From an uncultured Mycoplasmatota bacterium (GTDB lineage: Bacteria > Bacillota_I > Bacilli_A > RF39 > UBA660): a stretch of 64,000 bases of DNA. The DNA lies in contig CAMMMH010000004.1 of the NCBI GenBank assembly GCA_946497955.1, positions 12,314-76,313 on the forward strand. The letters are read 5' to 3'. This document shows positions 9,161 to 18,557 of the stretch, in pieces. The notes below the pieces were generated by a model. The model did not search any database, was not told the origin of the DNA, and saw only the letters and a list, made by a program, of their open reading frames with translations. The position numbers were made by a program, and so were the translations under genes. The stretch's first letter is position 1; each line of letters begins with the position of its first letter.

Positions 9161-9742
9161 TTAAAATACCTCATCCATTAAAATTTTATAAAATTTTTCA
9201 CCCTCTTTAAAAACATTTAAATATTCTTCAATTAATGACATATCTAACTCATCAATAATCTTCCTATAATTTGTTATAATTTCTTTATATAAATCATATC
9301 CAATTTTATTTTTATAACGTACTAAGTCAATTAGTAATCTTTCTTTATTATATATTTTTATAGTTACTCCTTCGTATTCATATGAAGTTATTCCTAATAT
9401 ATATAATTCATCTTTCATTCTAATTTGTTTAATTTCATTATTATTAATATTAGTGGAATTCCTACTAGTACATAATGTAATCTTTTCTGGAATGACATCT
9501 GTAAATCCATAATAATAATAAGCTGATAGACCACTAACTACAGCATAAGGATACTTTTTCTCTATTATAGATAGATAATGAATATTTGGTTGTTCGGAAT
9601 ATATCCCACTTTCTATTTTATAAATAGATTTGTTTTTTAAAGCCTTTTTTAAATTATAGTCTGATTTAAATTTCTTTATTACCTCATTATAATTATATAA
9701 CACTCTTACCACCTGATATAATTTTAAAGTAAAAATCACCAT
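9161..9742 (-). CDS. abiEi: AbiEi-family antitoxin / transcriptional regulator
   Basis: 'YKIESGIYSE...YAVVSGLSAYYYYGFTDVIPEKITLC' resembles the AbiEi_4 pattern, and the gene is paired with AbiEii. An alternative start is GTG 9703, preceded by an AGGTGG SD. Confidence 0.65.
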   Translation of the reverse strand: MVIFTLKLYQVVRVLYNYNEVIKKFKSDYNLKKALKNKSIYKIESGIYSEQPNIHYLSIIEKKYPYAVVSGLSAYYYYGFTDVIPEKITLCTSRNSTNINNNEIKQIRMKDELYILGITSYEYEGVTIKIYNKERLLIDLVRYKNKIGYDLYKEIITNYRKIIDELDMSLIEEYLNVFKEGEKFYKILMDEVF

Positions 9743-9833
9743 TAGTCAATAGAAATGGTGGCTTTTACTTTAAAAATGTAACGAAGACTAACCAATATAA
9801 TAAAAGAAGTGATTTAGTACTTAAAAATAAATA

Positions 9834-10448
9834 TTAATTATTAAGAACTTTCATAATCTCATCATCACTAATAGGTCCATGTCTTTGAATATTTATATCA
9901 TCACTAGTAAGATCAACTATTGTACTAGCTTCTCCAAAAGAAACATCACCCATAACCATACCATCAAGAGTAGGGCATTCTTCTTCTATCTCATCTAAAC
10001 TTCTACATACATTCATTCCCGATTTATTAGCACTCGTTAAAAATAAAGGACTTCCAACTTTATCAATTAGTTCATTTAAGAATTCAGATGGAATCATCCT
10101 AATAGCAAGTTCATCTGTCTCTCTTGTACCAACATTATTAATATATGAAAATGCCTCAGGCCTTTTATTTAAGACTAAAGTAAGAGGTCCAGGCATAAAA
10201 GCTTTAATTAGCTTAAAAGCACGCTCATCAACAGCTGCTATACTTTTAATTTGTTCTAAATCTTTACAAAGAACAGGAAAAGACTTATTAGAAGGACGAT
10301 GTTTAACTTTTACAAGGTTTTGATAAGCCTTACTAGAATTAATCCTCGCACATATTCCATAAACAGTATCAGTAGGTATACTAATAACCCCATCATTTTT
10401 AAGAATAGTTGAAACTTCTTCTATTTCACTTTGTTTATATCGCTTCAT
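9834..10448 (-). CDS. L-threonylcarbamoyladenylate synthase family (TsaC/YrdC-domain-only) protein
   Basis: 'ISIPTDTVYGICA...K.RPSNKSFPVLC...PGPLTLVL...IRMIPSEF...GSPLFLTSANKSG' are YrdC/Sua5-domain hallmarks. At 204 aa there is no Sua5 C-terminal domain. Confidence 0.8.
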   Translation of the reverse strand: MKRYKQSEIEEVSTILKNDGVISIPTDTVYGICARINSSKAYQNLVKVKHRPSNKSFPVLCKDLEQIKSIAAVDERAFKLIKAFMPGPLTLVLNKRPEAFSYINNVGTRETDELAIRMIPSEFLNELIDKVGSPLFLTSANKSGMNVCRSLDEIEEECPTLDGMVMGDVSFGEASTIVDLTSDDINIQRHGPISDDEIMKVLNN

Positions 10449-10582
10449 AAATTCACCTCTGTTTAAAGATTTGTATCACTCTCTAATAAGACTTGCAAGC
10501 AATGTTGAAAGAAAAACACAGATATTGCATTTATCTATCTTGAATGATAATATAAAATTAATCTAGAAGAGAGTGTGTTGAT

Positions 10583-11326
10583 ATGTTAAAAAATATTGCA
10601 GGAACAACTATAAAAATAAAGTTCAAAGATGAAATGATAGAACTTCCAAAAAACGCAAAAAAACAAATTAATATTTTTTGGAAACAAAGTAAGGAAAGTA
10701 ATCCTAGTCTTTTTAATGGTGAACTAATTTGTGTAAGTGAATATAAGGAATCAAATGACTTAATAGAGATTACTTGTAAAAGAACATCTTATGCTCATCA
10801 TTTATATGATGAAAGAGTAGGACTACCTAAAGAATATGGGTGTCATAACTTAGTGGTAGGATGCCTATTAGAAACTAGTGATAATTATTATGTAATAGGG
10901 GAAATGACAAGTAATACTTCAGTTCCTAATTATCTACAAATACCAGGAGGTAATGTTGATAATACTGATATTAAAGAAGGTAGAGTAGATATATTAAATG
11001 CTCTAATAAGAGAATGTAGAGAAGAAGTAAATATTAATTTACAAGATAAAAATATGGTAGATAGTTTTGGAATAAAATATATAAGTCTACCAAATGAAAA
11101 ATCTAATGCTTACTTAATTATCGCTAAAGGTAATTTAAAAAAGACTAAAAATGAAATGCTTGAATACTACAAAGAATATTTAAAATACTTAAAAGATAAT
11201 AATTTAGAAGTAGAATTTTCTAACATACACTTTATAAATAAAAATAAAGCTCTAGAAGAATTAAATAACTTAAAAAATCCTAAAAGAAATTATTTAGAAG
11301 ATTTATTAGAAATAGATAGTAAATAA
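10583..11326 (+). CDS. NUDIX-family hydrolase (divergent Nudix box)
   Basis: 'IPGGNVDNTDIKEGRVDILNALIRECREEVNI' contains REUxEE (RECREE), with a longer-than-canonical spacer before it. Confidence 0.55.
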   Translation: MLKNIAGTTIKIKFKDEMIELPKNAKKQINIFWKQSKESNPSLFNGELICVSEYKESNDLIEITCKRTSYAHHLYDERVGLPKEYGCHNLVVGCLLETSDNYYVIGEMTSNTSVPNYLQIPGGNVDNTDIKEGRVDILNALIRECREEVNINLQDKNMVDSFGIKYISLPNEKSNAYLIIAKGNLKKTKNEMLEYYKEYLKYLKDNNLEVEFSNIHFINKNKALEELNNLKNPKRNYLEDLLEIDSK

Positions 11327-11339
11327 TAAAAAAAGATAG

Positions 11340-12662
11340 TTATTTTATATTTTTACTATCTTCTTTTTTAACAAATTGATGTCCTGCAGTTACTTCGATT
11401 GCTTTGTCAATAAAGTTATTAATATTCTCTTTATATAATAATAGTACTTTCTTAGTAGTTTCAATAACTTCTTCTTCCTCAATACATAAAAAATCTGCAA
11501 TTGATTCTGTAGAAAAGTATTTATTATCAACATAACCTAGTCTTAAACAAATAATAATTGCTTCTTTAACCGATAAAGTGTTAAGCACATCACTAAATTT
11601 TAAACTTTTCATAATATCTAATATTTTTATATAATCATCTTTTATTGATAAAGGCTGTGTTTTTTCATCAGTAGTGTTAACACTATGTTCTAAAGACATT
11701 CCATCTTCGGTATCTTGAACATTTCCTTTTTTACCTAAACTTGATAACATACTTCTCATTTTGGGCATAAGCCACCCATAAAATCTAGATGATTTATTTT
11801 TATCAAAATCATCATTTTTAACAGGAGTTTCCAAATCATATCCATATCTAGAATATAATAATTCTTTTTCACTATCTGAAAGTCTTGAAATAACGTCATT
11901 AATTTCTTCTTTACTATATTTATTAAAATATTCATATATATTTTTTAATTTTCTAGGCATTTTGCTTTCCTTCCTATCTCTAATTCTTTTTTCACTAATT
12001 TCATCTACAATTCCTAATTTAATTAATTCTTTTTTAATTCTAATTACATTTTTTTTAATTAATTCATATACATAATTGTGAGAAATTTTAAATTTTTTTG
12101 CAATTTCACTTTGAGTATATACTTTATCATCATTAAAGCCAAAATAAAGTGATATAATTTCTCTATCTCTATCAGGTAATTTATTAACTAGTTCCCTAAC
12201 TACTTTATTAGTATCATAGATTTCAAACTCTTCGACGAAACCAACAGTTTCATCAATTAGAGCATCCTCTAAGGTAAATTCCTTCACGTCACTATCATTT
12301 TTTAAGTATCCATTTAAACTTTTATTAGATATATGTTTTTTCTCTTTTTGCAAAAAATTATTAATTTCATATCTGATACACGTACCAGCATAAGTAGAAA
12401 AATTTATATTTTTTTCGATATCAAAAGTATCTACACCTTTTATTAATCCTAAAAAACCAACAGCTACAAGCTCTTCTTTATCATATGGATTATTATTATA
12501 TTTCTTTAACACAGTACTTAAAACAAGCCTAATGTTATGTGTAATGACTATTTCTCTAGCTTCTAAATCACCATTACGATATTTTTTTATATATTCAATA
12601 ACTTCATCATTTTTTAAAGGAGCAGGTAAATCACAAGAAATAAATAATTTGTTGTCTAACAT
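11340..12662 (-). CDS. sigma-70 family RNA polymerase sigma factor with ~210-aa C-terminal extension
   Basis: Region 2-like 'REIVITHNIRLVLSTVLKKY...ELVAVGFLGLIKGVDTFD'. Region 4-like 'DREIISLYFGF...TQSEIAKKFKISHNYVYELIKK'. The extension has two further region-4-like segments (SDSEKELLYSRYGYD; SVKEAIIICLRLGY...STESIADFLCI). Confidence 0.7.
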   Translation of the reverse strand: MLDNKLFISCDLPAPLKNDEVIEYIKKYRNGDLEAREIVITHNIRLVLSTVLKKYNNNPYDKEELVAVGFLGLIKGVDTFDIEKNINFSTYAGTCIRYEINNFLQKEKKHISNKSLNGYLKNDSDVKEFTLEDALIDETVGFVEEFEIYDTNKVVRELVNKLPDRDREIISLYFGFNDDKVYTQSEIAKKFKISHNYVYELIKKNVIRIKKELIKLGIVDEISEKRIRDRKESKMPRKLKNIYEYFNKYSKEEINDVISRLSDSEKELLYSRYGYDLETPVKNDDFDKNKSSRFYGWLMPKMRSMLSSLGKKGNVQDTEDGMSLEHSVNTTDEKTQPLSIKDDYIKILDIMKSLKFSDVLNTLSVKEAIIICLRLGYVDNKYFSTESIADFLCIEEEEVIETTKKVLLLYKENINNFIDKAIEVTAGHQFVKKEDSKNIK

Positions 12663-12728
12663 AATAACCTCCTTTAAATTTATATATACAATACCACAAA
12701 TATATTAGTTTTACAATATAAGTTTTTC

Positions 12729-12782
12729 TTGACGATTGAATACATATTCAACTATAATATAAATAGTTGAGTAAATATTCAA
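12729..12782 (+). promoter_or_regulatory. cad operon promoter with two ArsR/SmtB-type inverted-repeat operators
   Basis: -35 TTGACG (12729-34) and -10 TATAAT (12753-58). A perfect IR TTGAATA-CA-TATTCAA (12736-51) lies between them. A second IR TTGAGTA-AA-TATTCAA sits at 12767-82. Confidence 0.65.
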
Positions 12783-12816
12783 CCATAAACAAATAATATA
12801 AATAGGAAGTGATAAT

Positions 12817-13179
12817 ATGTCTAGAAACGAATTTTCATGTGATTGTAATATCATTCATAAGGAAGCAGTGGATAAGGTATTAAATAAAATGCCTTCAGAA
12901 AATACTTTTAATCATCTAGCAGATTTATTTAAACTAATAGGTGATACAACAAGATGTAGAATACTTTTTTCACTCGATCAAGACGAAATGTGTGTATGTG
13001 ACTTAGCCAATGTTTTAAATATGACTAAATCAAGTGTTTCTCATCAATTAGCAACCTTAAGAAGAAGTGGAATAGTTAAATGTAGAAGAAGTGGTAAAGA
13101 AGTATATTACACTCTAGATGATGACCATATTGTTAAATTATTTGAAATAGGACTAGAACATATTAATCATAAAGGATAG
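12817..13179 (+). CDS. cadC: ArsR/SmtB-family metalloregulator (CadC-like)
   Basis: N-terminal Cys pair 'CDC', the 'EMCVCDL' metal site and the wHTH 'KSSVSHQLATLRRSGIV'. It sits immediately upstream of a Cd/Zn-type P-type ATPase. Confidence 0.8.
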   Translation: MSRNEFSCDCNIIHKEAVDKVLNKMPSENTFNHLADLFKLIGDTTRCRILFSLDQDEMCVCDLANVLNMTKSSVSHQLATLRRSGIVKCRRSGKEVYYTLDDDHIVKLFEIGLEHINHKG

Positions 13180-13194
13180 AAAGAAGGAAAGAAT

Positions 13195-13419
13195 ATGAAA
13201 GATTATAAATTTAAAATAGAAGGATTAGACTGTGCTAACTGTGCTAACGAATTAGAAGAGTCACTAAGAAAGATTGACTTAATAGAAAATGTCTCTATTA
13301 GTTTTATGATGGAAAGACTTACTTTTAGTTGTAATGAAGATAACTTAAATAGTGCCTTAAAACAAATTAAAAAAACTATAAAAAGAGAAGAACCTGATGT
13401 TACAATTGAGGAGGTATAA
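13195..13419 (+). CDS. stand-alone heavy-metal-associated (HMA) domain protein
   Basis: 'GLDCANCANELE' CxxC ferredoxin-like fold motif. The ORF ends 2 nt before the ATPase ATG, which has its own GAGGAGG SD. Confidence 0.75.
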   Translation: MKDYKFKIEGLDCANCANELEESLRKIDLIENVSISFMMERLTFSCNEDNLNSALKQIKKTIKREEPDVTIEEV

Positions 13420-13421
13420 TT

Positions 13422-15275
13422 ATGACTAAAAAGATGAAGAGAAAGTTAATTAGGATTATTATATCTTTTATCTTATTAGTAATAGCATTTATCTTAAAAT
13501 TAGATAACACTATTATCAATAACATTTTATTTATTACATCGTACATAATAGTAGGTTATGACATCATCTTAAAAGCTTTAAGAAATATAACAAGAGGAAA
13601 GGTTTTTGATGAAAACTTCTTAATGACTATTGCCACTATAGGAGCCTTTTTTATAGGAGAGTTTCCTGAAGCAGTAGCAGTAATGCTTTTCTATCAAGTA
13701 GGAGAACTATTTCAAAGTTATGCTGTTGATAAATCAAGAAAATCAGTTTCAGAATTAATGGATATAAGACCAGATTATGCCAATCTTTATCAAAATAACA
13801 AGACTGAAAGAGTAGATCCTAATAAAGTCAAAGTTGGGGATATTATCTTAATAAAACCAGGAGAAAAAATACCTTTAGATGGTATAGTAGTAGAAGGTAA
13901 CTCTCATCTTAATACTCTTGCTTTAACAGGAGAATCTATGCCAAAAAGTGTAACTGAGACTGATGAAGTATTAAGTGGATGTATTAATAATGAAGGAATA
14001 CTAAAAGTTAAAGTAACTAAAGAGTTTGGTGAATCTACTGTTAGTAAAATCTTAGACTTAGTAGAAAATGCTAGTAGTAGAAAATCTAAATCAGAAAACT
14101 TTATCAGTAAATTTGCTAAATATTACACTCCAATAGTTGTAATAATCGCTATTCTTCTTGCATTTATTCCACCTATAGTATTAGATACTAACTTTAAAAC
14201 TTGGATATATCGTGCTTTATCATTCTTAGTTGTTTCATGTCCTTGTGCCTTAGTAATATCAATACCCCTAAGTTTTTTTGCAGGAATAGGTGCGTCATCT
14301 AGAATAGGAGTTTTAGTAAAGGGTAGTAACTATTTAGAAGCCCTTGCAAACACTGAAATAGTTGTATGTGATAAAACAGGAACTCTAACAGAAGGAATCT
14401 TTAAAGTCCAAAAAGTTAATGCTATAGATTACTCAAAGGAAGATTTATTAAAATATACAAGTTATGCAGAGAACTATTCTAACCATCCTATCGCCTTATC
14501 TATTAAAGAAGCTTATGGTAAAGATATTAATGAAAAAATAGTTACTAAAACTAAAGAACTTAAAGGTAAAGGAGTTATTGCCAAAGTAGATTCTAAAGAA
14601 GTTCTAGTAGGTAATGAGAAATTAATGGAAGAGTATAATATTGACTATAAAAAGAGTAATGATATAGGAACTGTTATTTATATCGCTATTGATAAAACTT
14701 TCGCCGGATCTATCACTATCTCTGATAAGATAAAAGAAGATGCTTATAAAGCAGTTAAAGAATTTAGAAGAAATAATGTTAAGAAAATAGTAATGTTAAC
14801 AGGAGATAGAGAAGAAATTAGTAAAAATGTCTCAAAAGAATTAAAGCTAGATAATTACTATGCTGAACTACTTCCTCAAGACAAAGTTAAAAAAGTAGAA
14901 TCTTTAATGCAAGAAAAAAGTATAGATGGTAAACTAGTATTTATAGGAGATGGTATTAATGATGCTCCTGTTCTTGCCTTGTCAGATATTGGTGTAGCGA
15001 TGGGAGGACTTGGTAGTGATGCCGCAATAGAAGCAGCAGATATTGTTATTATGACAGATGAGCCATCTAAACTAGCAAGTGCCATTAAAATAAGTAAGAA
15101 GACGATGCAAATAGTTAAAGAAAATATAATATTCGCTATCACAGTTAAAATACTTGTCTTACTACTAAGTGCTATAGGTATCGCTTCAATGTGGGCAGCC
15201 GTATTCGCCGATGTAGGTGTTTCTGTTATCGCCATTATTAATGCTTTAAGAATATTAAGAGTAAAGAAGGATTAG
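13422..15275 (+). CDS. cadA: P1B-2-type (Cd/Zn/Pb) heavy-metal-translocating P-type ATPase
   Basis: 'SCPCALVIS' (CPC), 'DKTGTLT', 'GDGINDAP' and the TM8 motif 'ADVGVSVIAIINALRIL' (DxG, typical of the Zn/Cd subgroup). Confidence 0.85.
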   Translation: MTKKMKRKLIRIIISFILLVIAFILKLDNTIINNILFITSYIIVGYDIILKALRNITRGKVFDENFLMTIATIGAFFIGEFPEAVAVMLFYQVGELFQSYAVDKSRKSVSELMDIRPDYANLYQNNKTERVDPNKVKVGDIILIKPGEKIPLDGIVVEGNSHLNTLALTGESMPKSVTETDEVLSGCINNEGILKVKVTKEFGESTVSKILDLVENASSRKSKSENFISKFAKYYTPIVVIIAILLAFIPPIVLDTNFKTWIYRALSFLVVSCPCALVISIPLSFFAGIGASSRIGVLVKGSNYLEALANTEIVVCDKTGTLTEGIFKVQKVNAIDYSKEDLLKYTSYAENYSNHPIALSIKEAYGKDINEKIVTKTKELKGKGVIAKVDSKEVLVGNEKLMEEYNIDYKKSNDIGTVIYIAIDKTFAGSITISDKIKEDAYKAVKEFRRNNVKKIVMLTGDREEISKNVSKELKLDNYYAELLPQDKVKKVESLMQEKSIDGKLVFIGDGINDAPVLALSDIGVAMGGLGSDAAIEAADIVIMTDEPSKLASAIKISKKTMQIVKENIIFAITVKILVLLLSAIGIASMWAAVFADVGVSVIAIINALRILRVKKD

Positions 15276-15277
15276 AT

Positions 15278-17458
15278 ATGAAGAAAATAGTTTTAAAAAT
15301 AGGGGGAATGACTTGTAGTGCCTGTTCATCAGGCCTTGAAAAATATTTAAACAAACAAGTTGGAATAACTAGTGCCACTGTTAATCTAGTCTTATCTATC
15401 GCTACTGTTTACTATGAAAATATAACAGTCAAAGATATCGAAAGATATATTAAAGAAGCAGGTTTTACCAGTCTAGGCGAATTTAAGGGAATAGAAGATA
15501 AAGTCACTAATGAAACTGATAAGATAAAATTAATTCTTTTAGGACTATTAATTATCTTTATGATGTATATATCTATAGGAAATATGTTAAACCTCCCAAG
15601 CATCCCTTATCTTAATCACAAATATCCTCTTGTTTTATCCACAACTCTGTTGATAATTACTTTCGTATATTTAATTTATGGACTAGATATTATAAAAAGT
15701 GGTATAAAGAATTTACTCCATAAGATGCCTAACATGGATACCCTTGTTATGTTTAGTGTCATCTTTAGCTTTCTCTATAGTCTTTATAGTTACATAAATA
15801 TCTTACAAGGAAATAACACTTTACTTCATAATTTATATTTTGAATCTACTTGTATGGTAATTTACTTTATTAAACTAGGTAGAGTATTAGAAGACTCTAG
15901 TAAAGATAAAACTAAAGATGCTATTAGAAAGTTAGTACAAATAACTCCTACTTATGCCACTATAAAAAAGAATGATAAAGAGTTAAAAGTAACTATCGAT
16001 GAAGTAGAAGTAGGAGATACATTAATTTGTAAAGCAGGAGAAAAAATAGCTGTTGATGGCACTGTTACTAAGGGTAAAACCTATGTTAATGAAAGTTTTA
16101 TCACAGGAGAAAGTGCCCCAGTTTTAAAAGAAAAAGGTTCAAATGTCATCGCTGGTTCTATTAGTTATGACGGACTTATTGAATATACTGCCAAGAAAAT
16201 AGGGAAAGACTCTACCATCTCAGAAATAGTAAAACTAGTAGTAGAATCTACTAATACCAAAACTAAAATACAACGTCTTGCCGACAAAGTAAGTGGCATC
16301 TTTGTTCCTGTTATTTTAATAATTGCCTTCTTAACATTTATAATCCAGATACTTATAGGTCTATCTTTAGAAGAATCACTAATTCATATGGTAACAGTCT
16401 TAGTAGTCGTTTGTCCTTGTGCCTTAGGACTTGCCGTACCCCTTGTTGTAGTTGTAAGTAATGGACTTTGTGCTAAGAAAGGCTTATTCTTAAGAAATAG
16501 TGAAGTCTTAGAGAAAGCTAAAGATATTGATACTATTGTCTTTGATAAAACAGGAACCCTTACCTATGGTAATTTAAAAGTCTTTAAAACTTATAATTAC
16601 TCTAACTATAAAGATAATGATTTAATTAATATTGTATCTAATATAGAAAATAACTCCTCTCATCCTATAAGCACAGCTTTTAAAGTTAAAAAGAAGTTAG
16701 TTGTAACTGATTTTAAAACTTTAGATGGTAAAGGGGTAAAAGCAAGTATTAATAACAAAGTTTATTATTTAGGAAATAATACTTTATTAAAAGATTTAAA
16801 AATAAAAGATAATCATAAAGAAGACTATAATAATTTAATAAATAATGGCTGTAGTATTATCTATGTAATAGAAGAAGGTATTGTTATTGGTCTAATAGGT
16901 GTAAAAGATATAGTTAGATCTAATATAAAAAATGTTATAACTGAGTTTAAAGATAATAATATAGAAGTAATTATGTTAACAGGAGATAATGAAGTAACTG
17001 CTGAGTCTATTGCAAAAGAGTTAGGTATAACTAAAGTAATATCTAATGTCTTACCAAAGAAAAAAGCCTCTGTTATTAAAGACTTAACTAACAAAGGTAA
17101 AAAAGTAATAATGGTAGGAGATGGTATTAATGATGCCCCTGCTTTAGTAAATGCCACTATTGGTATAAGTGTTAATGATGGGACAGATGTTGCTATGGAC
17201 TCTGCTGATGTCATCCTTATGAATAACGATATTTCTAATATTTTAGACCTTATTAAAATAAGTAAAAAAGCATATCTCATCATTAAAGAAAACTTATTCT
17301 GGGCTTTCTTCTATAATTTACTTATGATACCTATCGCTATTGGATTATTAGAAAACTATGGAATAAGCATGAGTCCTATGTTTGCAAGTATTGCTATGAC
17401 TATAAGTAGTTTAACTGTAGTTATAAACTCTTTAAGACTTAGTAAAATGAATTTGTAA
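15278..17458 (+). CDS. copA: P1B-1-type copper-translocating P-type ATPase
   Basis: N-terminal HMA 'GMTCSACSSGLE', 'VCPCALGLA', 'DKTGTLT', 'GDGINDAP', TM7 'FYN' and TM8 'AMTISS' (MxxSS), which are Cu(I) signatures. Confidence 0.85.
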   Translation: MKKIVLKIGGMTCSACSSGLEKYLNKQVGITSATVNLVLSIATVYYENITVKDIERYIKEAGFTSLGEFKGIEDKVTNETDKIKLILLGLLIIFMMYISIGNMLNLPSIPYLNHKYPLVLSTTLLIITFVYLIYGLDIIKSGIKNLLHKMPNMDTLVMFSVIFSFLYSLYSYINILQGNNTLLHNLYFESTCMVIYFIKLGRVLEDSSKDKTKDAIRKLVQITPTYATIKKNDKELKVTIDEVEVGDTLICKAGEKIAVDGTVTKGKTYVNESFITGESAPVLKEKGSNVIAGSISYDGLIEYTAKKIGKDSTISEIVKLVVESTNTKTKIQRLADKVSGIFVPVILIIAFLTFIIQILIGLSLEESLIHMVTVLVVVCPCALGLAVPLVVVVSNGLCAKKGLFLRNSEVLEKAKDIDTIVFDKTGTLTYGNLKVFKTYNYSNYKDNDLINIVSNIENNSSHPISTAFKVKKKLVVTDFKTLDGKGVKASINNKVYYLGNNTLLKDLKIKDNHKEDYNNLINNGCSIIYVIEEGIVIGLIGVKDIVRSNIKNVITEFKDNNIEVIMLTGDNEVTAESIAKELGITKVISNVLPKKKASVIKDLTNKGKKVIMVGDGINDAPALVNATIGISVNDGTDVAMDSADVILMNNDISNILDLIKISKKAYLIIKENLFWAFFYNLLMIPIAIGLLENYGISMSPMFASIAMTISSLTVVINSLRLSKMNL

Positions 17459-17531
17459 TTGACAAAATAACACATCATGTTGACACTCAATAATTCTTAT
17501 GATATGTTGATAAAAATGGAGATGTAAATCA

Positions 17532-18224
17532 ATGATAGAAAAAGTAAAATATCAAGTAAGTGAATTATTAAATAAAGATAAATCTGGCCACGGAATGGAT
17601 CATATAAATAGAGTTTTAGAGTTATCTTTGAGATTTGCTGAAAAAGAAAAAGCAAATAAAGATATTGTTTCTCTAATAGCATTACTTCATGATGCAGATG
17701 ATTATAAGCTATTTGGAATGGACAATGCTAGAAATTTAACTAATACTAAAAGAATTATGAATGATTGTAATATAGATAAAAACATACAAGACCAAGTATG
17801 TTGTGCTATTAAAAATATTGGATATAGAAAAAGACTAAAAGGTTACGCACCAACAACACTAGAAGGAAAAATAGTATCTGATGCTGATATGTGTGATGCA
17901 TTAGGTGCCCATGGTATTTTAAGAGATTATAAGTATGTTATGGAATATGGAAAACCATTTTTTGACAAGAAAATATTTCCAACTGAAGATACAAATAAAG
18001 ATAAATCTCTTGAGAAATGTTCTAATAGTTGTGTATGTCACATATTTGAGAAAATATTAAAACTTAAATATTTAATGTTAACAGAGTCAGGAAAAGAAGA
18101 AGCTAAATCAAGGCATCAAATTGTTGTAGAATTTTTATATCATTTTTTTGATGAAGAAAATGTTCCAGAATGGACAGAGTATTTAAATGAGTATTTGAAA
18201 AATATAAATTATATGTTAAACTAA
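17532..18224 (+). CDS. HD-domain phosphohydrolase
   Basis: 'GHGMDHINRV' and 'ALLHDADDYK' supply the H...HD metal ligands. Confidence 0.7.
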   Translation: MIEKVKYQVSELLNKDKSGHGMDHINRVLELSLRFAEKEKANKDIVSLIALLHDADDYKLFGMDNARNLTNTKRIMNDCNIDKNIQDQVCCAIKNIGYRKRLKGYAPTTLEGKIVSDADMCDALGAHGILRDYKYVMEYGKPFFDKKIFPTEDTNKDKSLEKCSNSCVCHIFEKILKLKYLMLTESGKEEAKSRHQIVVEFLYHFFDEENVPEWTEYLNEYLKNINYMLN

Positions 18225-18244
18225 TAGGCACAGGAGGTACATTT

Positions 18245-18466
18245 ATGGAAAAACTTACACAGGAAGAACTTAATATAATATTAGAAAATATTAATCATAA
18301 TATGGCAGAATATGATAAAGATATAAAAAGAAAAATGGAACACTCAGACAAAGTAGAATTAGATATGTATAAAGTAAATCCTGCATTTTTGAATCAAGGA
18401 AATACTGATACAGCTAGTAATACACATAGTAGAGTGAAAAGAATAAAACATAGAAGTAGATTTTAG
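18245..18466 (+). CDS. hypothetical protein (73 aa)
   Basis: ORF with a GGAGG SD. No recognisable motif. Confidence 0.35.
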   Translation: MEKLTQEELNIILENINHNMAEYDKDIKRKMEHSDKVELDMYKVNPAFLNQGNTDTASNTHSRVKRIKHRSRF

Positions 18467-18557
18467 TCTATTTCTTTTTTTGTTATGAGTAAAACAAAAC
18501 TGCTTGACATTAAGTTACTCCAGTGATACTGTTATATCAAATGAGGAGGTAACAAAT

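Noticed and set aside
13195-13430. HMA ORF and cadA as a single gene broken by a frameshift (pseudogene).
   Set aside because: The ATPase ORF has its own GAGGAGG SD and an ATG at ideal spacing, and the HMA ORF ends with a clean TAA. Stand-alone HMA proteins next to P1B pumps are common. This is retained only as a caveat in a low-interest finding.
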